A stretch of DNA of 64,000 nucleotides from Alphaproteobacteria bacterium (GTDB lineage Bacteria; Pseudomonadota; Alphaproteobacteria; Bin95), in assembly GCA_965261985.1 (NCBI GenBank), contig OZ253490.1:3730631-3794630 (forward strand). The letters are read 5' to 3'. The notes beneath the pieces were generated by a model that saw nothing but the letters and a program-made list of their open reading frames with translations, made no database searches and was not told the origin of the DNA. Positions 35,497 through 46,406 of this stretch are shown one piece after another. Position numbers and translations under genes: made by a program. Position 1 is the first letter of the stretch. Each line of letters begins with the position of its first letter.

Positions 35497-37101
35497 TGAC
35501 ATATCGTAACTGCCCAGGATGTTGGCGATTGCAGCGGTCTCGGCTGGGCTTTGTTCAGGCGTATTCGATGTCTTCGATGAAGCTGTCGGGCGAGCCCATC
35601 AGGGTGTTGAGGACATCGCGGCCCTGCTTTTGAGCGGTGGCGATGATTGTGCGCAGGACGGCGAAGTCATCGGCGCCCGTTCGGGACCGGAAGCCGCCGG
35701 AGATTTTCTGGCGCAGTTTCATCATGCGCAGGTCGCGCTCGGCCTCATTGTTGGTGAAGGGGACCTGTGGGTCGGTCAGGAAGCGCAGGGTTGCGTCCTT
35801 GCGCTCATGCAGGCGCAAGGCGAGGTTATGGCCCTTGCGCCGCTTCGGGGCCCCGCGTCTTCCGGGCCTGGGAGGCGAGAGCGGCGGCTGGCTCTCATGG
35901 AACACCATCGCCTCGACAAGGAGCCTGTCGTAACCGCGCGCCAGCCGCGCCAACAGACGCGCCGGAACGACGATATCCCTCTCCCGCGTCAGCCGCGCCA
36001 CGCGCCAGGCCCGGCGCAGAAGCCGCTGCATGCGCCCGGCCCAGTCTTCCTTGTCGAACTCCACCAGCGCCTGCAACTCCCGCAAGCGATGCGCATTGCA
36101 AAGCGCATGCTCCACACCCTCCATCGGCCAATAGCATTGCCAGTGGTCGTGCACCGCCACGCCGGTCACGCCCGGAAGCACGGCCCCGCGCCGCTCGCTC
36201 ACCCGATACGCCGCCAGCAGGGGCGTGCAGATCACATGAAGCCACCGCGTGCGTCCGCCCACGCGCAGACCGGTCTCGTCCAGATGCTTCACCCGCGCCT
36301 TGCTTGCCGCCAAGTCCTGTATGTGCGCCGCCGCGCACCGCAGACGGGCCGCAGCACGCCTGCTCATCGCCGCCAATGTCGCCGGCGACACCCGCGCGCC
36401 GAACAACACCGCCATCACCTCAGACAGCCGCCGCTCCGGCAGGAACTGCGCATGACGCAGCCAGACCGCCGCACCCGAAAGCCGCTGGCCATACTGCACC
36501 GGTGCCGACACGCCTGGCGGGAACGACGCCCGCGTCACCTCACCGCAACACCCGCAGCGACGCGCATGACCCCGATGCTCCGTGACCTCCAGCGGGCGCG
36601 GCTCCGGCAGGTCGAATACTTGACGCGCGACCGGATCGCCGACCGCCGCCGCCGACGACAGCGACGCCCCGCAGCCCCGGCAGGACGCCGGAACATGCTC
36701 CTCAAACCGGTCCGGGCTGGCCGTACGGCACTGCGTCTTGCCCTTGTGCCCCGTCTGACCGCCCGGCTTACGGCCCGTCTTGCCCCTCAGGCTACGGGTT
36801 CGACGCTCCGCCGCTGGCTTCTTCAGACCGTCGCTCGACGGCGGCTGGCCGCTGTTGCGGCTGTTCAGACCAAGACGACGCTCCAACGCCGCTATCCGCT
36901 CAACAAGACGCGCAACCTGCTCCCGAAGCCAAGCGGTCTCCAACTCCAGACGCGCGATCTGCTGACCCGATGTCTCGGACACGGGCACCCTCAACGGGTC
37001 AAACGGTTCGGAATGGCTCATGGCGAGGTTGGCTCATTTTCAAACCCCCGCGTCAACCCCCACCAACTCAGACATCCTGGGCAGTTACGACATTTCATGA
37101 C
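35497..37101 (-). mobile_element. IS66-family element copy 2 (complete; about 1.6 kb; single ORF) with 22-24 bp terminal inverted repeats
   Basis: The 35497-35519 end is catgacatatcgtaactgcccagg. The 37079-37101 end is cctgggcagttacgacatttcatg, its reverse complement. Confidence 0.75.
35555..37021 (-). CDS. IS66-family transposase (TnpC-type), about 90% identical to the 989-2452 copy
   Basis: 488 aa carrying the same KHLDETGLRV, CNAHRLRELQ and FTNNEAERDLR motifs. About 10% of residues differ from copy 1. Confidence 0.9.
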   Translation of the reverse strand: MSHSEPFDPLRVPVSETSGQQIARLELETAWLREQVARLVERIAALERRLGLNSRNSGQPPSSDGLKKPAAERRTRSLRGKTGRKPGGQTGHKGKTQCRTASPDRFEEHVPASCRGCGASLSSAAAVGDPVARQVFDLPEPRPLEVTEHRGHARRCGCCGEVTRASFPPGVSAPVQYGQRLSGAAVWLRHAQFLPERRLSEVMAVLFGARVSPATLAAMSRRAAARLRCAAAHIQDLAASKARVKHLDETGLRVGGRTRWLHVICTPLLAAYRVSERRGAVLPGVTGVAVHDHWQCYWPMEGVEHALCNAHRLRELQALVEFDKEDWAGRMQRLLRRAWRVARLTRERDIVVPARLLARLARGYDRLLVEAMVFHESQPPLSPPRPGRRGAPKRRKGHNLALRLHERKDATLRFLTDPQVPFTNNEAERDLRMMKLRQKISGGFRSRTGADDFAVLRTIIATAQKQGRDVLNTLMGSPDSFIEDIEYA

Positions 37102-37330
37102 ATTTCATGACACATCGTGCAGTCTGCCTGCGGCCCGGAGAGAAAGGGTGGGGACCGGTTCCCTTTCCCGAGCGACACCCTCCCAACGAAGAAGGGGTTG
37201 CAAAGCTGTGCTTCCGGGCTAACCTTGCATCGGGCTCCGGGATGCGAACTGTGCAGCGGAGCCGGATCGGCGCGAATGAGAGGCCGTTGGCCGGGCGCCG
37301 TGTATGACCGCCTCTAGATACAGAGTGCAA

Positions 37331-37846
37331 ATGAAACAAAACATGCCACCGCGCCGCTCACGCGGCCGCAGCAATATGCGGAGCGGGCGAAGCCCCGCCC
37401 ACCGCAACCAGGCTCTTGAAAGCAATGGCCCGGAAGGACGGGTGCGCGGCACCGCGCAGCAGGTCCTCGACCGCTATCTGGCGATGGCGCGCGATGCGCA
37501 GTCCAGCGGCGACTCGGTGTTGGCCGAGAACCTGTTTCAGCATGCCGAGCACTATCAGCGCATGGTAGCCCAGTTCGCGCCTCCTCCGGCGCAGCCGCAG
37601 CCGGCGCCCGCGGAACCTCAGCGGACCGGCGATGGCGCAGCGGAACCCGAGGCCGAGGCCCGGATCGACCGGGAAACTGCGGACCGGCCTCCGGAAGCCG
37701 ACGGAACCGAACCGACCGGCGTTCGGCCTCGCCGCCGCCGCCGCCAGCGGAACGCTCCGGTCGAGGAGGCTTCCGCCGAGACCGGCGAGGCGCCCCCTGC
37801 GGCGGAGAGCATTCCGGCCGAAGAAGCCCCGGCCGGCGCGGCCTGA
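37331..37846 (+). CDS. DUF4167 domain-containing protein
   Basis: The N-terminus is basic ([20 protein letters not shown]...). The conserved DUF4167 block [49 protein letters not shown] follows, and then a low-complexity P/A/E tail. Confidence 0.75.
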   Translation: MKQNMPPRRSRGRSNMRSGRSPAHRNQALESNGPEGRVRGTAQQVLDRYLAMARDAQSSGDSVLAENLFQHAEHYQRMVAQFAPPPAQPQPAPAEPQRTGDGAAEPEAEARIDRETADRPPEADGTEPTGVRPRRRRRQRNAPVEEASAETGEAPPAAESIPAEEAPAGAA

Positions 37847-37982
37847 CCTCCGGTTTCGCTCCGGCACGGAGCGCCGTCTTGCGCGTGCCGCTGGCGGTTC
37901 CCATATCCGTCTTCGAGCGGGAGCGGTGCGTAGGATACGGCTCTCCCGCCAGAGGCTTGCGTCTGGAGACGGAGACGGGAAT

Positions 37983-40565
37983 ATGGATTTCGAGACTTAC
38001 ACCGAGCGCGCGCGGGGGTTCATCCAGGCGGCGCAGAGCATGGCGCTGGCCGCAGGGCATCAGCGTTTCGTTCCCGAGCACATCCTCAAGGTCATGCTCG
38101 ACGATCCGGAAGGTCTGGCCACCGGGCTGATCGAGCGAGCGGGCGGCAACGCCACGAAGGCGCGGACCGCCGCCGAAGCAGTGCTCGGGGGACTGCCGGT
38201 CGTCACCGGTTCGGGCGCAAGCGGGCTGCATCTCGCGCCCGAAACCGCGCGCCTGTTCGAGACCGCCCGCAAGGCGGCGCAAAAGGCCGGCGACCGCTTC
38301 GTCACCGTAGAGCGCCTGCTCCAGGCGTTGGCGATTGCGCGCGGCCCGCTCGCCCGGGCGGGGGTGGATGCCAAGGGGCTGGAGCGCGCGATCTCGGAGC
38401 TTCGCAAGGGTCGCACCGCCGACAGCGCCAATGCGGAGGCCGGGTTCGACGCCTTGGCCAAATACGCACAGGACCTGACCGAGGCGGCGCGCGGCGGCAA
38501 GCTCGACCCCGTGATCGGGCGCGACGAGGAAATCCGGCGCGCGATCCAGGTGCTCTCCCGGCGCACCAAGAACAATCCCGTGCTGATCGGGGAGCCGGGC
38601 GTCGGCAAGACCGCCATCGCCGAGGGCCTGGCGCAGCGCATCGTCAACGGCGACACGCCCGAAGGGCTGCGGGACAAGCGGCTGATCGCGCTCGACCTCG
38701 GCGCCATGATCGCCGGCGCGAAATATCGCGGTGAGTTCGAGGAACGGCTGAAATCGGTCCTCGCTGAAATCAAGGCCGCGGAAGGCCAGATCGTCGTCTT
38801 CATCGACGAGCTGCACACGCTCGTCGGAGCCGGCAAGGCCGATGGCGCGATGGACGCCTCCAACATGCTCAAACCGGCGCTGTCGCGCGGGGAGTTGCAT
38901 TGCATCGGCGCGACGACGCTCGACGAATACCGCCAGCATGTCGAGAAGGACGCAGCGCTGGCGCGGCGCTTCCAGCCGGTCTTCGTCGGCGAACCCAATG
39001 TGGAGGACACAATCTCGATCCTGCGCGGCCTCAAGGAGAAGTACGAGGTCCATCACGGCGTGCGCATCATGGACAGCGCGCTGGTGGCGGCTGCCACGCT
39101 CTCGAACCGCTACATCACGGACCGCTTCCTGCCCGACAAGGCCATCGACCTCATCGACGAGGCGGCGAGCCGGCTCAGGATGCAGATCGATTCCAAGCCC
39201 GAAGCCATCGACGAACTCGACCGGCGGATCATCCAGCTCAAGATCGAGCGGGAAGCCCTGAAGAAGGAAACCGACGATGCTTCGCAGGGCCGCCTCGACA
39301 AGCTGGAGCGAGAACTGGGCGATCTGGAGGAACGCTCGGACGAGCTCACACTGCAATGGCGGAACGAGAAGGCGGCCATCGACGGCGCCAAGAGATTGAA
39401 GGAGGAACTGGAGCGCGCGCGGCAGGAGCTGGACGCGACCCAGAGGCGCGGCGAACTGGAGCGCGCCAGCGAGTTGCGCTTCGCCGTTATCCCCGACCTC
39501 GAAAAACGCATCTCCGATACCGACGGCCAGCGGGAAGGACGTTTGCTGGACGAGGAGGTCAGCGGCGAGCATGTCGCGGGCGTGGTCTCGCGCTGGACCG
39601 GTGTGCCGGTCGCGCGCATGCTCGAGGGCGAGCGGGAAAAATTGCTGCGGATGGAGGACGGGCTCCATGCCCGCATCGTCGGCCAGGACCGGGCCGTCAA
39701 GGCGGTCTCGGAAGCGGTGCGGCGGGCGCGAGCCGGCCTGCAGGACCCGAGCCGGCCGGTAGGCTCGTTCCTGTTCCTTGGGCCGACCGGCGTCGGAAAG
39801 ACGGAACTTTGCAAGGCGCTCGCCGCGTTCCTGTTCGACGACGACACGGCGATGCTGCGCCTCGACATGTCGGAATACATGGAGAAGCACACCGTCTCCC
39901 GCCTGCTCGGCGCGCCGCCGGGCTATGTCGGCTACGAGGAAGGCGGGTCGCTGACCGAGTCGGTGCGCCGGCGGCCCTACCAGGTCGTACTTTTCGACGA
40001 GGTGGAAAAAGCGCATCCCGATATCTTCAATGTCCTGCTCCAGGTGCTGGACGACGGGCGGCTGACCGACGGACACGGCCGGACGGTGGATTTCCGCAAC
40101 ACGATCCTCGTCATGACATCCAATCTCGGCAGCGAGGTGTTCGCGCAGGCCAGCGAAAACACGATGCACGGGCCTATGGTGGACCGGGTCATGGAGGTTG
40201 TCCGGGGGCATTTCCGGCCCGAGTTCCTGAACCGGCTCGACGAGATCGTCGTCTTCCACCGCCTGGAGCGCGCGCATATGTCCGGCATCGTCGCAATCCA
40301 GCTCGAAGGGCTGCGCAAGCTGCTACGCGACCGCGACATCGCGCTCGACCTGGAGCCGACAGCGGTGGAGTGGCTGGCGGAGACGGGGTTCGACCCGGTC
40401 TATGGCGCACGCCCGTTGAAGCGGGTGATCCAGACCAGCCTCCAGAACGCCCTCGCCACGCGGATTCTGGAAGGCGCGGTGCAGGACGGCGACCGCGTCG
40501 AGGTCGGTGTCGAGGACGGCGGGCTCGTCATCCGCGCGGTCAGCGCGGCGGCGGACGCGGCGTAA
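37983..40565 (+). CDS. clpB: ATP-dependent chaperone ClpB
   Basis: [35 protein letters not shown] (Clp N domain). [18 protein letters not shown] is NBD1 and [19 protein letters not shown] is NBD2. A long middle coiled-coil separates them, and the length is 860 aa. Confidence 0.95.
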   Translation: MDFETYTERARGFIQAAQSMALAAGHQRFVPEHILKVMLDDPEGLATGLIERAGGNATKARTAAEAVLGGLPVVTGSGASGLHLAPETARLFETARKAAQKAGDRFVTVERLLQALAIARGPLARAGVDAKGLERAISELRKGRTADSANAEAGFDALAKYAQDLTEAARGGKLDPVIGRDEEIRRAIQVLSRRTKNNPVLIGEPGVGKTAIAEGLAQRIVNGDTPEGLRDKRLIALDLGAMIAGAKYRGEFEERLKSVLAEIKAAEGQIVVFIDELHTLVGAGKADGAMDASNMLKPALSRGELHCIGATTLDEYRQHVEKDAALARRFQPVFVGEPNVEDTISILRGLKEKYEVHHGVRIMDSALVAAATLSNRYITDRFLPDKAIDLIDEAASRLRMQIDSKPEAIDELDRRIIQLKIEREALKKETDDASQGRLDKLERELGDLEERSDELTLQWRNEKAAIDGAKRLKEELERARQELDATQRRGELERASELRFAVIPDLEKRISDTDGQREGRLLDEEVSGEHVAGVVSRWTGVPVARMLEGEREKLLRMEDGLHARIVGQDRAVKAVSEAVRRARAGLQDPSRPVGSFLFLGPTGVGKTELCKALAAFLFDDDTAMLRLDMSEYMEKHTVSRLLGAPPGYVGYEEGGSLTESVRRRPYQVVLFDEVEKAHPDIFNVLLQVLDDGRLTDGHGRTVDFRNTILVMTSNLGSEVFAQASENTMHGPMVDRVMEVVRGHFRPEFLNRLDEIVVFHRLERAHMSGIVAIQLEGLRKLLRDRDIALDLEPTAVEWLAETGFDPVYGARPLKRVIQTSLQNALATRILEGAVQDGDRVEVGVEDGGLVIRAVSAAADAA

Positions 40566-40586
40566 GTCGAGTCGGCAAAGGAGTCG

Positions 40587-41363
40587 CTATTCGCCCCTGA
40601 ACTGCGGGCGGCGCTTGTCCACGAAGGAGGCAACGCCCTCGGCGAAATCGGCGCTCATGCGCAGCCGGCCATAGGCCTGGCCCTCGATTTCCATCGCCTG
40701 TTCGAGCGGCGCATTCTCGCCCGCATTGAACACCTGCTTGAGCGTGCGCTGGGCGAGCGGGGAGAAACGGCGCAGCTCCCTGACCAGTGCGTCCGTCGCC
40801 GCTTCGAGTTCGGCGTCCTCGACCAGTTCGCAGGCCAGGCCCCAGTCGAAGGCTTCCTGCCCCGCGATCCGCCGGCCGCGCATCGCCACATTCTTGGCCC
40901 GCGAAACGCCGATCATGCGCTGCAGGCGCGCGGAGCCGCCGGAGCCGGGGATCATGCCGAGATTGATCTCAGGCAGCGCCATACGCGCCGTCTCGCTCAC
41001 GATGCGGAAGTCGCAGGCCAGTGCGAGCTCGAAGCCGACGCCCATGCAGAAGCCCCGTATGGCGGCGATAACCGGCTTGGAGCACCGCTCGGCGGCGGCG
41101 ATGTTCTTGTGAAGCTGCGATACCGTTTCGGGACTTGCTTCCATGAATCCCGGAATATCGCCGCCGCTGGTGAAATGCTCGCCCGCGCCCCGGACAACGA
41201 CCACGCGCACGGCCGGATCGCGATCGAACGCCTCGAAGGCCGCGCGCAATTGCGGGCGCTGCGCCATCCGCACGACATTGAGCGGCGGCCGGTCGAGCAC
41301 GATGTCGGCGCGTTCGTTTTCCGGGTCGAGTTCGATGCGGAAGCCGTCGGTCTCGGAAGTCAT
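40587..41363 (-). CDS. Enoyl-CoA hydratase/isomerase (crotonase) family protein
   Basis: VVVVRGAGEHFTSGGDI...KPVIAAIRGFCMGVGFELALACDFRIVSETARMALPEINLGMIPGSGGSARL. Confidence 0.85.
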   Translation of the reverse strand: MTSETDGFRIELDPENERADIVLDRPPLNVVRMAQRPQLRAAFEAFDRDPAVRVVVVRGAGEHFTSGGDIPGFMEASPETVSQLHKNIAAAERCSKPVIAAIRGFCMGVGFELALACDFRIVSETARMALPEINLGMIPGSGGSARLQRMIGVSRAKNVAMRGRRIAGQEAFDWGLACELVEDAELEAATDALVRELRRFSPLAQRTLKQVFNAGENAPLEQAMEIEGQAYGRLRMSADFAEGVASFVDKRRPQFRGE

Positions 41364-41383
41364 GGCGGGTGGGCGTCCCTTTG

Positions 41384-43021
41384 TTATCCGCCTTCCCAAT
41401 ACCCGAGGCGCTTGTCCCTGGCGATGTCCCGGGTGTCGCGGTCTTCCGGCGCCCCGTGCCCGCCGCCGCCGGAGGTCTGCAGCAGGATGCGGTCGCCCCG
41501 GCGCACGGGCAGGTTCGAGACCTTCGAACCGAGCTCGATGGTCTCGCCGCCGCGCGTCAGCACGGAACGCCCCGGCGCGCCCGGCCCGCCGCCGGCGAGC
41601 CCGTAAGGCGGAACCCGGAAACGCTCGTAATTGGTCGAGAGCATGCCTTCCTTGACATCCAGCCGGAACTCGCGCCTGAGCCCGAGGCCGCCGCGCCGCT
41701 TGCCCTCGCCTCCGCTGCCCGGCGCCAGGCCGTATTCGGTGACGGTAAGCGGATACAGGCTCTCGACCATTTCGATGGGCGTGTTAGCGAGATTGTGCAG
41801 GCAGGCGGAAAGCGCATTCGCGCCGTCGGCGTCGGGATGCGCGCCCCAACCGCCGACCTCGATATCGAAATAGACTTCCGGCCGGCCGGAACGCCCCTTG
41901 AGCCCCAGCGCATAGACGTAGCTCACCCCGTAATAGGCGGCGGATATGCGCTCCGGGGCGGCGCGTCCGAGCGCACCCAGCACGGTGGTGACGATCCGGT
42001 GCGCCGTGGCCATGCGGTTCGCCACCGGCGCGGGCAGCAAGGCATTGCAGATCGTGCCCTCGCGCGCTCTGATTTCAACCGGCCGGTAGGCGCCGGAATT
42101 CGCCGGGACATCGACCCCGGCGGCGCACATGAAGGCGCAATAGACGGCCGATTTCGACATGTTGAGCGTGCAGTTGACCGGCCCCGCAGCCTGGGGGCCC
42201 GAAGCGGAGAGATCGACCTCTGCCGTCTCGCCCTGGATGCGGACCTCCGCGGCGATCGGGCGCGGCTCCTCCGTGATGCCGTCGTCGTCCACGAAGTCCT
42301 CGAACCGGTAAGTCCCGTCCGGGATGCCCGCAATGGCCGCCCGCATCGCCGCTTCCGACCGGTCGAGGATGCGGTCGGCGGCGGCCTCCAGCCTGTCGGG
42401 TCCGAACCGTTCGGCCAGCCGCAGCACGCCGGCCGCGCCGATATCGAGCGAGGCGAGCTGGGCCTCGAAATCGCCGCGCACCTTTTCCGGCTCGCGGGTA
42501 TTTGCATAGAGGACGCCGAGCAGTGCCCTGTTGGCCTGTCCGGCATCCCTGACCTTGCAGGGCGGAATCCGCAGCCCCTCCTGGAAGATCTCGCGCGCGC
42601 CGGCGTCGTAGCTGCCGGGGGCGCCGCCGCCGACATCGGTGTGGTGGGTGAGCGTGCCGGTAATCGCGATCCGCCGGCCCCGGAAATAGACCGGCTTGAA
42701 GGTCAATATGTCGGGCAGGTGCTGGCCGCCGGAATAGGGGTCGTTGGTGACGATGACATCGCCCTCGCGCCATTCGTCCAGCGGGATGGGCCCCGCGATG
42801 ATGCCTTCGAGGCAGGTCGCCATGGAATTCAGGTGGATGGCGATGCGCGCCGACTGCGCAACATTGCGTCCCTGGGCGTCGAAAACGGCGGTCGAGTAGT
42901 CGAGCGTCTCGCGGACGACCGTGGAACGCGCCGTGCGCCAGATGGTCACGTTCATGTCCTCCGCCGCCGCGACCAGCGCATTGCGGATGATCTCGATGTC
43001 GATCGGGCTGAGGTCGGTCAT
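41384..43021 (-). CDS. hyuB: Hydantoinase B/oxoprolinase family protein
   Basis: MTDLSPIDIEIIRNALVAAAEDMNVTIWRTARSTVVRETLDYSTAVFD...NDPYSGGQHLPD. The stop overlaps the hyuA start region. Confidence 0.9.
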   Translation of the reverse strand: MTDLSPIDIEIIRNALVAAAEDMNVTIWRTARSTVVRETLDYSTAVFDAQGRNVAQSARIAIHLNSMATCLEGIIAGPIPLDEWREGDVIVTNDPYSGGQHLPDILTFKPVYFRGRRIAITGTLTHHTDVGGGAPGSYDAGAREIFQEGLRIPPCKVRDAGQANRALLGVLYANTREPEKVRGDFEAQLASLDIGAAGVLRLAERFGPDRLEAAADRILDRSEAAMRAAIAGIPDGTYRFEDFVDDDGITEEPRPIAAEVRIQGETAEVDLSASGPQAAGPVNCTLNMSKSAVYCAFMCAAGVDVPANSGAYRPVEIRAREGTICNALLPAPVANRMATAHRIVTTVLGALGRAAPERISAAYYGVSYVYALGLKGRSGRPEVYFDIEVGGWGAHPDADGANALSACLHNLANTPIEMVESLYPLTVTEYGLAPGSGGEGKRRGGLGLRREFRLDVKEGMLSTNYERFRVPPYGLAGGGPGAPGRSVLTRGGETIELGSKVSNLPVRRGDRILLQTSGGGGHGAPEDRDTRDIARDKRLGYWEGG

Positions 43022-45075
43022 GGCCCTTCTCCCCCGCGCCGTGCCACCAGGTCGCCCCCAGACGACATCGCCAGACGCCATCCGGGCGGGACCAGGAGCG
43101 TCGCATGGGCCTCCTCGATGAGGACGGGCCCCTCGATCGCTTCCGGCAGCCGGTCGCGGTCATAGACCGGCAGTTGGCGCCAGCCTCCGCCTATCCAGAC
43201 GCGCCGCTCCCCCTTCGGACCGGCATCCATCGCGGTAGGCGGCTCGATCGCCGGCTTGGACAGCAATCCCCTGGCGGTAGCGCGCAAGGTGACGATCTCG
43301 ACCGGCGCGCCCGGGTCCGAATGCGCATAGCGCGCCTGGTGCAGATCGTGGAAATCTTCGACCAGCCGGGCAAGCGACGGGCCGTCGGGCTTCGCATCCC
43401 CCCAGGGAACCAGCAGTTCGTAGGCCTGGCCGCGATAGCGCATGTCGGCGGCGAGACGGATATGGCGCGCATCTTCCGCAATACCGTCGGCACCGAGCAG
43501 CGCGTGGCCCTCGGCAAACAGTTCGGCCGCGAGGCCGGCCAGCACCGGCAGCGCGCTGTCGTCCGCATCGAGCAGGCGCGAGCGCGCCACATCGTGCGCG
43601 ATGTCGGCGGTCAGGATGCCGCGCGCCGAGAAAGTGCCGGGGTCGCGTGGGAACACCACTTCCGCCATCTCAAGCTCTTCCGCGAAGCTGACGGCGTGCA
43701 GGCCGCCTGCCCCGCCGAACGCAGCGATGGCGAAATCGCGCGGGTCGGCGCCCTTCTCGAACAGGCTGAGCTTTATCGCCGAGGCCATATTCGCGTTGAC
43801 GACCGCAAGGATGCCCTCGGCGGCCTCCTCCACGCCGAGGCCGAGCGGAGCCGCAATCCGCTCCGCGACGGCGGCGCGCGCCTGTTTCGCATCGAGCTTC
43901 AATGCACCGCCGAGGAAAAAGTCCGGATCCAGGCGGCCGAGAACGATATTGGCGTCGGTGACGGTCGGCTCCACGCCGCCTTTTCCATAGGCTACGGGCC
44001 CCGGATCGGCGCCGGCGCTTCGCGGCCCCACGCTCAGCGCCCCTCCCGCAGCCACGGAGGCGATTGAGCCGCCGCCCGCCCCGATGGTGCGCATCTCCAC
44101 CATCGGCAGGCGCACCGGCAGGCCGTCGATCTCGCCTTCGGTCACGACCGTGCTTTCGCCGTCCCGGACCACAGACACATCGAAACTGGTGCCGCCCATA
44201 TCGACCGCCACCAGGTTCGGCCGCCGAAGCGCCTGCGCAAGTTCCGCCGCCGCCATCGCCCCGCCCGAAGGCCCCGAAAGCAGCAGCCGGACGGGCAGCC
44301 GCGCCGCCTGGGCCGGCGTCGTCACCCCTCCGTTGGACTGCACGAGATAGAGCCGCGCATCCAGTCCGGCCTTGCGAAGCCTCCCCTCCAGCTGCTCCAG
44401 ATAGACGCGCACCACCGGCACGAGCAGCGCGTTGAGCACCGTGGTCGAAGCCCGCTCGAACTCGCGGATCTCGGGGCTGACCTCCGAGGAGAGCGACACC
44501 GGAATGCCGGGCGCCTTCTCCGCCAGTATCTCTGCGACGCGGCGCTCATGCGCCGGATCGCGGTAGGCATGCAGAAACACCACGGCGACCGCGCCGACGC
44601 CGGCTTCCGACAGGGCGCGCGCGGCGCTCACGACCGCTTCCTCGTCGAGCGGCACCTCCTCGCTTCCGTCCCAGCGCATCCGCCCCTCGACGCCGTAGCG
44701 CCGGTCGCGGGGAACCAGCACCGTCTGCGGCGTCGGTTTCAGCGTATAGGGCTCGCGGCGCACATGGCGGCCGATCTCCAGCACATCCGCGAACCCCTTG
44801 TTGGCGATCACCGCGCCTTCCGGCAGCTTGCGCTCCAGCACGGCATTGGTGGCGATGGTCGTGCCGTGCAGGATGAACCCGACCTCGCCCGGCTCGAAGC
44901 GCAAGCGCTCGGCCGCCTCGGCAATGCCTGCGAGCAGCCCCTCGGAAGGGTCTGCCGGCGTGGTCGGCGTCTTCAGCGCGTGGACCGCGCCGGTCTGCGC
45001 ATCCAGGACCATCAGGTCCGTGAAGGTGCCGCCGACATCCACACCGATGCGGTAGCGTGTTCCAGGTTCCGCCAT
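43018..45075 (-). CDS. hyuA: Hydantoinase A/oxoprolinase family protein
   Basis: MAEPGTRYRIGVDVGGTFTDLMVLDAQTG...RLLLSGPSGGAMAA...DMGGTSFDVSVV. The alternative start at 45096 is in frame. Confidence 0.9.
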   Translation of the reverse strand: MAEPGTRYRIGVDVGGTFTDLMVLDAQTGAVHALKTPTTPADPSEGLLAGIAEAAERLRFEPGEVGFILHGTTIATNAVLERKLPEGAVIANKGFADVLEIGRHVRREPYTLKPTPQTVLVPRDRRYGVEGRMRWDGSEEVPLDEEAVVSAARALSEAGVGAVAVVFLHAYRDPAHERRVAEILAEKAPGIPVSLSSEVSPEIREFERASTTVLNALLVPVVRVYLEQLEGRLRKAGLDARLYLVQSNGGVTTPAQAARLPVRLLLSGPSGGAMAAAELAQALRRPNLVAVDMGGTSFDVSVVRDGESTVVTEGEIDGLPVRLPMVEMRTIGAGGGSIASVAAGGALSVGPRSAGADPGPVAYGKGGVEPTVTDANIVLGRLDPDFFLGGALKLDAKQARAAVAERIAAPLGLGVEEAAEGILAVVNANMASAIKLSLFEKGADPRDFAIAAFGGAGGLHAVSFAEELEMAEVVFPRDPGTFSARGILTADIAHDVARSRLLDADDSALPVLAGLAAELFAEGHALLGADGIAEDARHIRLAADMRYRGQAYELLVPWGDAKPDGPSLARLVEDFHDLHQARYAHSDPGAPVEIVTLRATARGLLSKPAIEPPTAMDAGPKGERRVWIGGGWRQLPVYDRDRLPEAIEGPVLIEEAHATLLVPPGWRLAMSSGGDLVARRGGEGP

Positions 45076-45247
45076 ACGAGCCTCTAACGACCCCAAATTA
45101 CGGGCATGAGCAATCCGGCCGCCCTTCGACGCATTCTTCGACGCATTCCCTGCGGGCAGCAGCTTCCGCGCATGGCCGCCCGACCGGAGCGCAAACTAAC
45201 GCGCCGCCGATATTCCCGGCTATCGGGCCGCGCCGCACACCTCCGGA

Positions 45248-45750
45248 CATGTCATGAAATGTCATGTTCTGTCATGCGATGCCGAGAGCCGCCCTGTTCC
45301 GCAGAGTTTCAATTCGGGTTCGGACAGCGCCGGCAAGCATCCCGTCTCCACCCCTTGCCGCTCCCTCTCCGCCGCCCCGTCCACCCGGACGCCGCCTCTC
45401 ACAGGGAGCTTACCACGCTTCCCCCCGGGTCACCGCCGCATTGCCGTGCGCCCAAGGTCGAAGAGCGGTTGTTGCCGGAGGCAGGGCGGCGGCGGTCGCC
45501 GAGGATTTCGATCTCCCGGCCATCATCTTCCTCCGCCAGAGCCTTCGGCAAAGGGCCGCAGGCGGCGGACCCCGGACATGTCATGTTCTGTCATGCGATG
45601 TCATGTTTTTCCGCCGCCCCGCCCCTCTCCGACTGCCTCGCCGAAGCGCCGCATGTCTCCATCCTGCATGTCGTCCCTCCATCGCGTTTCGTTGCGTTCG
45701 CGCCGCCGCCGGCTTGCCTGCGGCGCGACCCTGTTTCGCGCGTATCGCGC
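45248..45750. repeat. Composite intergenic repeat region with two TGTCATG-heptamer arrays (45255-45285, 45578-45612) and a ~60-bp module shared with 2565-2610 and 3841-3905
   Basis: atgtcatgaaatgtcatgttctgtcatg at 45257-45284 is identical to 2505-2532 except for one base. cctcgccgaagc...catcctgcatgtcgt is also at 2565-2610. ctccatcgcgtttcgttgcgttcgcgccgccgccggcttgcctgcggcgcg matches 3849-3900. Confidence 0.55.
45399..45584 (-). pseudogene. Relic fragment duplicating the 3' end of the dimethylglycine-dehydrogenase-like gene at 50231-52657
   Basis: The fragment translates to ...PKALAEEDDGREIEILGDRRRPA, against GYVPKALAEEEEGWEIEILGDRRPARLQ at the C-terminus of the full gene. About 100 nt (45443-45540) are roughly 85% identical to 50255-50350. 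Confidence 0.55.
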
Positions 45751-46406
45751 GGGCGCGTGCGCCCGCGTTTGCGCCGGCGCGGTTCGCGCGCCTGATTGCG
45801 CGCGCGAGCCATGCGCAGGGCGCACTTCTCCCGTCCGTTCCGTTGGGGGATTTTCGCACCGGTGCAAGGCGGGAGACGAAGCGGCCTCCGGATGCCGCTT
45901 CCTCCTGTCCCATCTTACCACAGATTTGTAGAAGTCAAACGAATTTAGGAATTATTTCAAAGTTAATGCGGTATCCAATCAACTGGGAGCGGGACAAACG
46001 GTATGCTAACACTGTCGCCCCGGCCCCCGGAGCCGGGGCCCAGTCGAGCCTCATGCCCCGACTTCGAGAGACTGGCCCCCCCGGATCGCCGCTGACGCGG
46101 CGTCCGGGGCGACAAGGGGTGTCTCGCAGGCGTCGGTTCAAAACGATCGGACCTTGCTCCAATGGGTCGTGACTTCCCAAGCCAAGCCCGAACCGACTCA
46201 GCCAGTTTCAAGCTGCTTCGGACTTGAGAATTTCGGCTTCGATATAGGCCCGGAAGCCCGGTATCGAGGTGAAGCAGCGGAATCCGGCTTCGCTTGCTAA
46301 TCCAAGTTTAACACGCCACTTCAAAGATTGTTCATTATCAGTATCTTACGGGGGAGGAGATTCCTCGTAGGGCACTACATTCGGGTTTCTTTGGACGGAT
46401 TTGGGT

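Noticed and set aside
37314-40277. 987-aa minus-strand ORF antisense to clpB
   Set aside because: ClpB is unambiguous on the plus strand. The antisense ORF has no motifs and is a GC-driven open frame.
45935-46211. 81-82-aa minus-strand ORFs in the low-GC patch before the IS1634 element
   Set aside because: They overlap each other in different frames and have no start context or recognisable motifs. The patch is more likely a non-coding 3' flank of the GmrSD-like island.
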